From contig OZ296657.1 of NCBI GenBank assembly GCA_965655095.1, positions 51,398,001 through 51,462,000 on the forward strand: a DNA stretch of 64,000 nucleotides. The letters run 5' to 3'. Below the pieces are notes generated by a model. That model worked only from the letters and a program-made list of their open reading frames with translations, was not told the origin of the DNA and searched no databases. The stretch comes from Haplodiscus bocki. Lineage: Eukaryota. This document shows positions 62,401 through 64,000 of this stretch, in pieces (position 1 is the stretch's first letter; each line of letters begins with the position of its first letter). A program made the translations under genes and the position numbers.

Positions 62401-64000
62401 AAGATCTTGAATATACATATCATTTTTAAGGGTCTTGTTACTTCAGTGTCGTGCAATTAAATGTCTTTTCAATTTTTCGAAGGGTTGTTACTTTTCCTTC
62501 TAAAACGTAGGAGTATTTTCTGAAATCGAAATACCCGTATAATTTTCCCCCAGATCCCGCAAATGCAAAGTGTTTACTGGTTTCTTCAACAATTTACAAC
62601 TGCTCATATTCATTTCCAAAAGCACTTTTTGATACTCACTATTCTTTAATTTAATCTTTAAACGAGTTCGATAAGACTTGAGGCATTGAATCATTCATGA
62701 CCGACATTCAAGGTCATAAGTGCGCAACAAGTTACTGAGCGAGTGAAACGTTGATTTTTCTCCAATAACATTTTTTGTGCTAAGGTTTTTATTGCTTTAG
62801 ACATAATTGAATTTTTCGGTAGTTCTCCAGCTTTTCAATATGTCTTCTGCTTTGAAGCGAGCTACTTTCCTAAAACACCACTTACTGTAGGTGTATTGCT
62901 ACCAGTCGGGTTTTCAGTTGCATCACTAGAATGTCAAATATATCGTCCCTGGTATCCATCAGTCCCGTTTTGTGTTTCTATAGCCTAGTGAAACCATTCT
63001 TTTTTCCGCTTCAAGCGTTTTGTTTCCATCCAATTTCGTTGCTTTTAAAATACGTCATTCATTTTTTATTCCATACTTTCCCCTTCGGCTCCATAAGTGG
63101 CTGTCTGCGTGTTATACTTTTGCTCAATACTGTCTTACTTGATTGAAAACATGATGTATTTTCGACATTAAAAATGATTTCGAGCTTTTGTAACGATAAA
63201 CAAAAGCAAAAAGTATTTTGTAAAAACGAAGGTAGTGAATGTAGGATATGTTAATTGAAAAGTATCACAGGTAAGTTTTCTGTAAGCATATTGGTTAATA
63301 TAGTGACTGATGAGCGGTTTTAAATTTCAATCTAAAATTAACGGTTTGCTGTGTTGTGTAACGATAAGGTTTTTTTATCTTTTATAATTTTCCTGACATG
63401 CAGTGGTTCTACAGTCGATGGATCAGAGAGGAGGGAAATCTTTCTCTGTCTCAATACTAACTCGGTAAGCTCTATCTTTAACGTTAACAAGTCAAGAATG
63501 CTAGTGTTGCCCATCATTCTTAAATGTCCGTTTTGGTCGCGAAAGTCACAAAAACTTAAAAGTGACAAGAGGTTTTGATCACGGTCTTTTTATGAGAATG
63601 ATTTTGGTGCATACTTAAGAAACGGTAAAATAGGGGAAGAACTTACATGAAGACGTGGATTGTTTCGCCCAACACAATTCGGTAGAATGATTAGGGCGAT
63701 AACTTGCTAAACTTTTTTTTATGCTGCGAATGTTTTGACGAGAAAATTTTTGTTTATGTCGGAAATGTCGATAACATATAAATTGACAACAGTATTTACA
63801 AAACGTGAAGTCGCACTGTGATTATTTCCGTCAAACAAGTGTAGAAAAAAAGATGTAACATGTGTCAGGTTGCTCTCGATTGAGACTTTGGCGGCGGAAT
63901 TCAAGCTTCTATTGTTTATCTGATCCAATAGCATGTAATTTTCTTTTCAAATTAGTTTAATTTGAAAATAACTATGGCTTTTTCGCAAGCAGTGTTATAT

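Noticed and set aside
60000-64000. Scattered 60-115 aa ORFs at the window end
   Set aside because: No recognisable motifs or consistent strand; probably old TE debris that cannot be classified by eye.

Overview
AT-rich, repeat-dense eukaryotic (animal-like) genomic DNA with two assembly gaps (8-454, 54375-54574). It is not prokaryotic: most ORF-track entries are noise or fragments of decayed elements. Two structures are clear. (1) An ~18 kb Polinton/Maverick element (about 7681-25747). Its minus strand carries adenain-type protease, major capsid, a small core-like protein, minor capsid, RVE integrase, A32-type packaging ATPase and accessory ORFs. Its plus strand carries a protein-primed family-B DNA polymerase. 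All of these genes are broken by stops or frameshifts. The element sits inside a ~2.15 kb near-perfect inverted repeat (6318-8465 / 24963-27109) that extends ~1.36 kb beyond the apparent Polinton termini, and no target-site duplication is present. (2) One intact host gene, a two-exon sigma-like glutathione S-transferase on the minus strand (36119-35687 + 27507-27332, 202 aa, 8.2 kb intron); its second exon is absent from the ORF track. The rest comprises a 9-bp-TSD non-autonomous DNA transposon inside a LINE remnant, fold-back and dispersed repeats, a ~177-bp degenerate satellite, an LTR-retroelement-like leader, and an unidentified decayed gene-dense block at about 39.8-47.7 kb. All protein assignments come from manual translation and motif recognition, not database searches.
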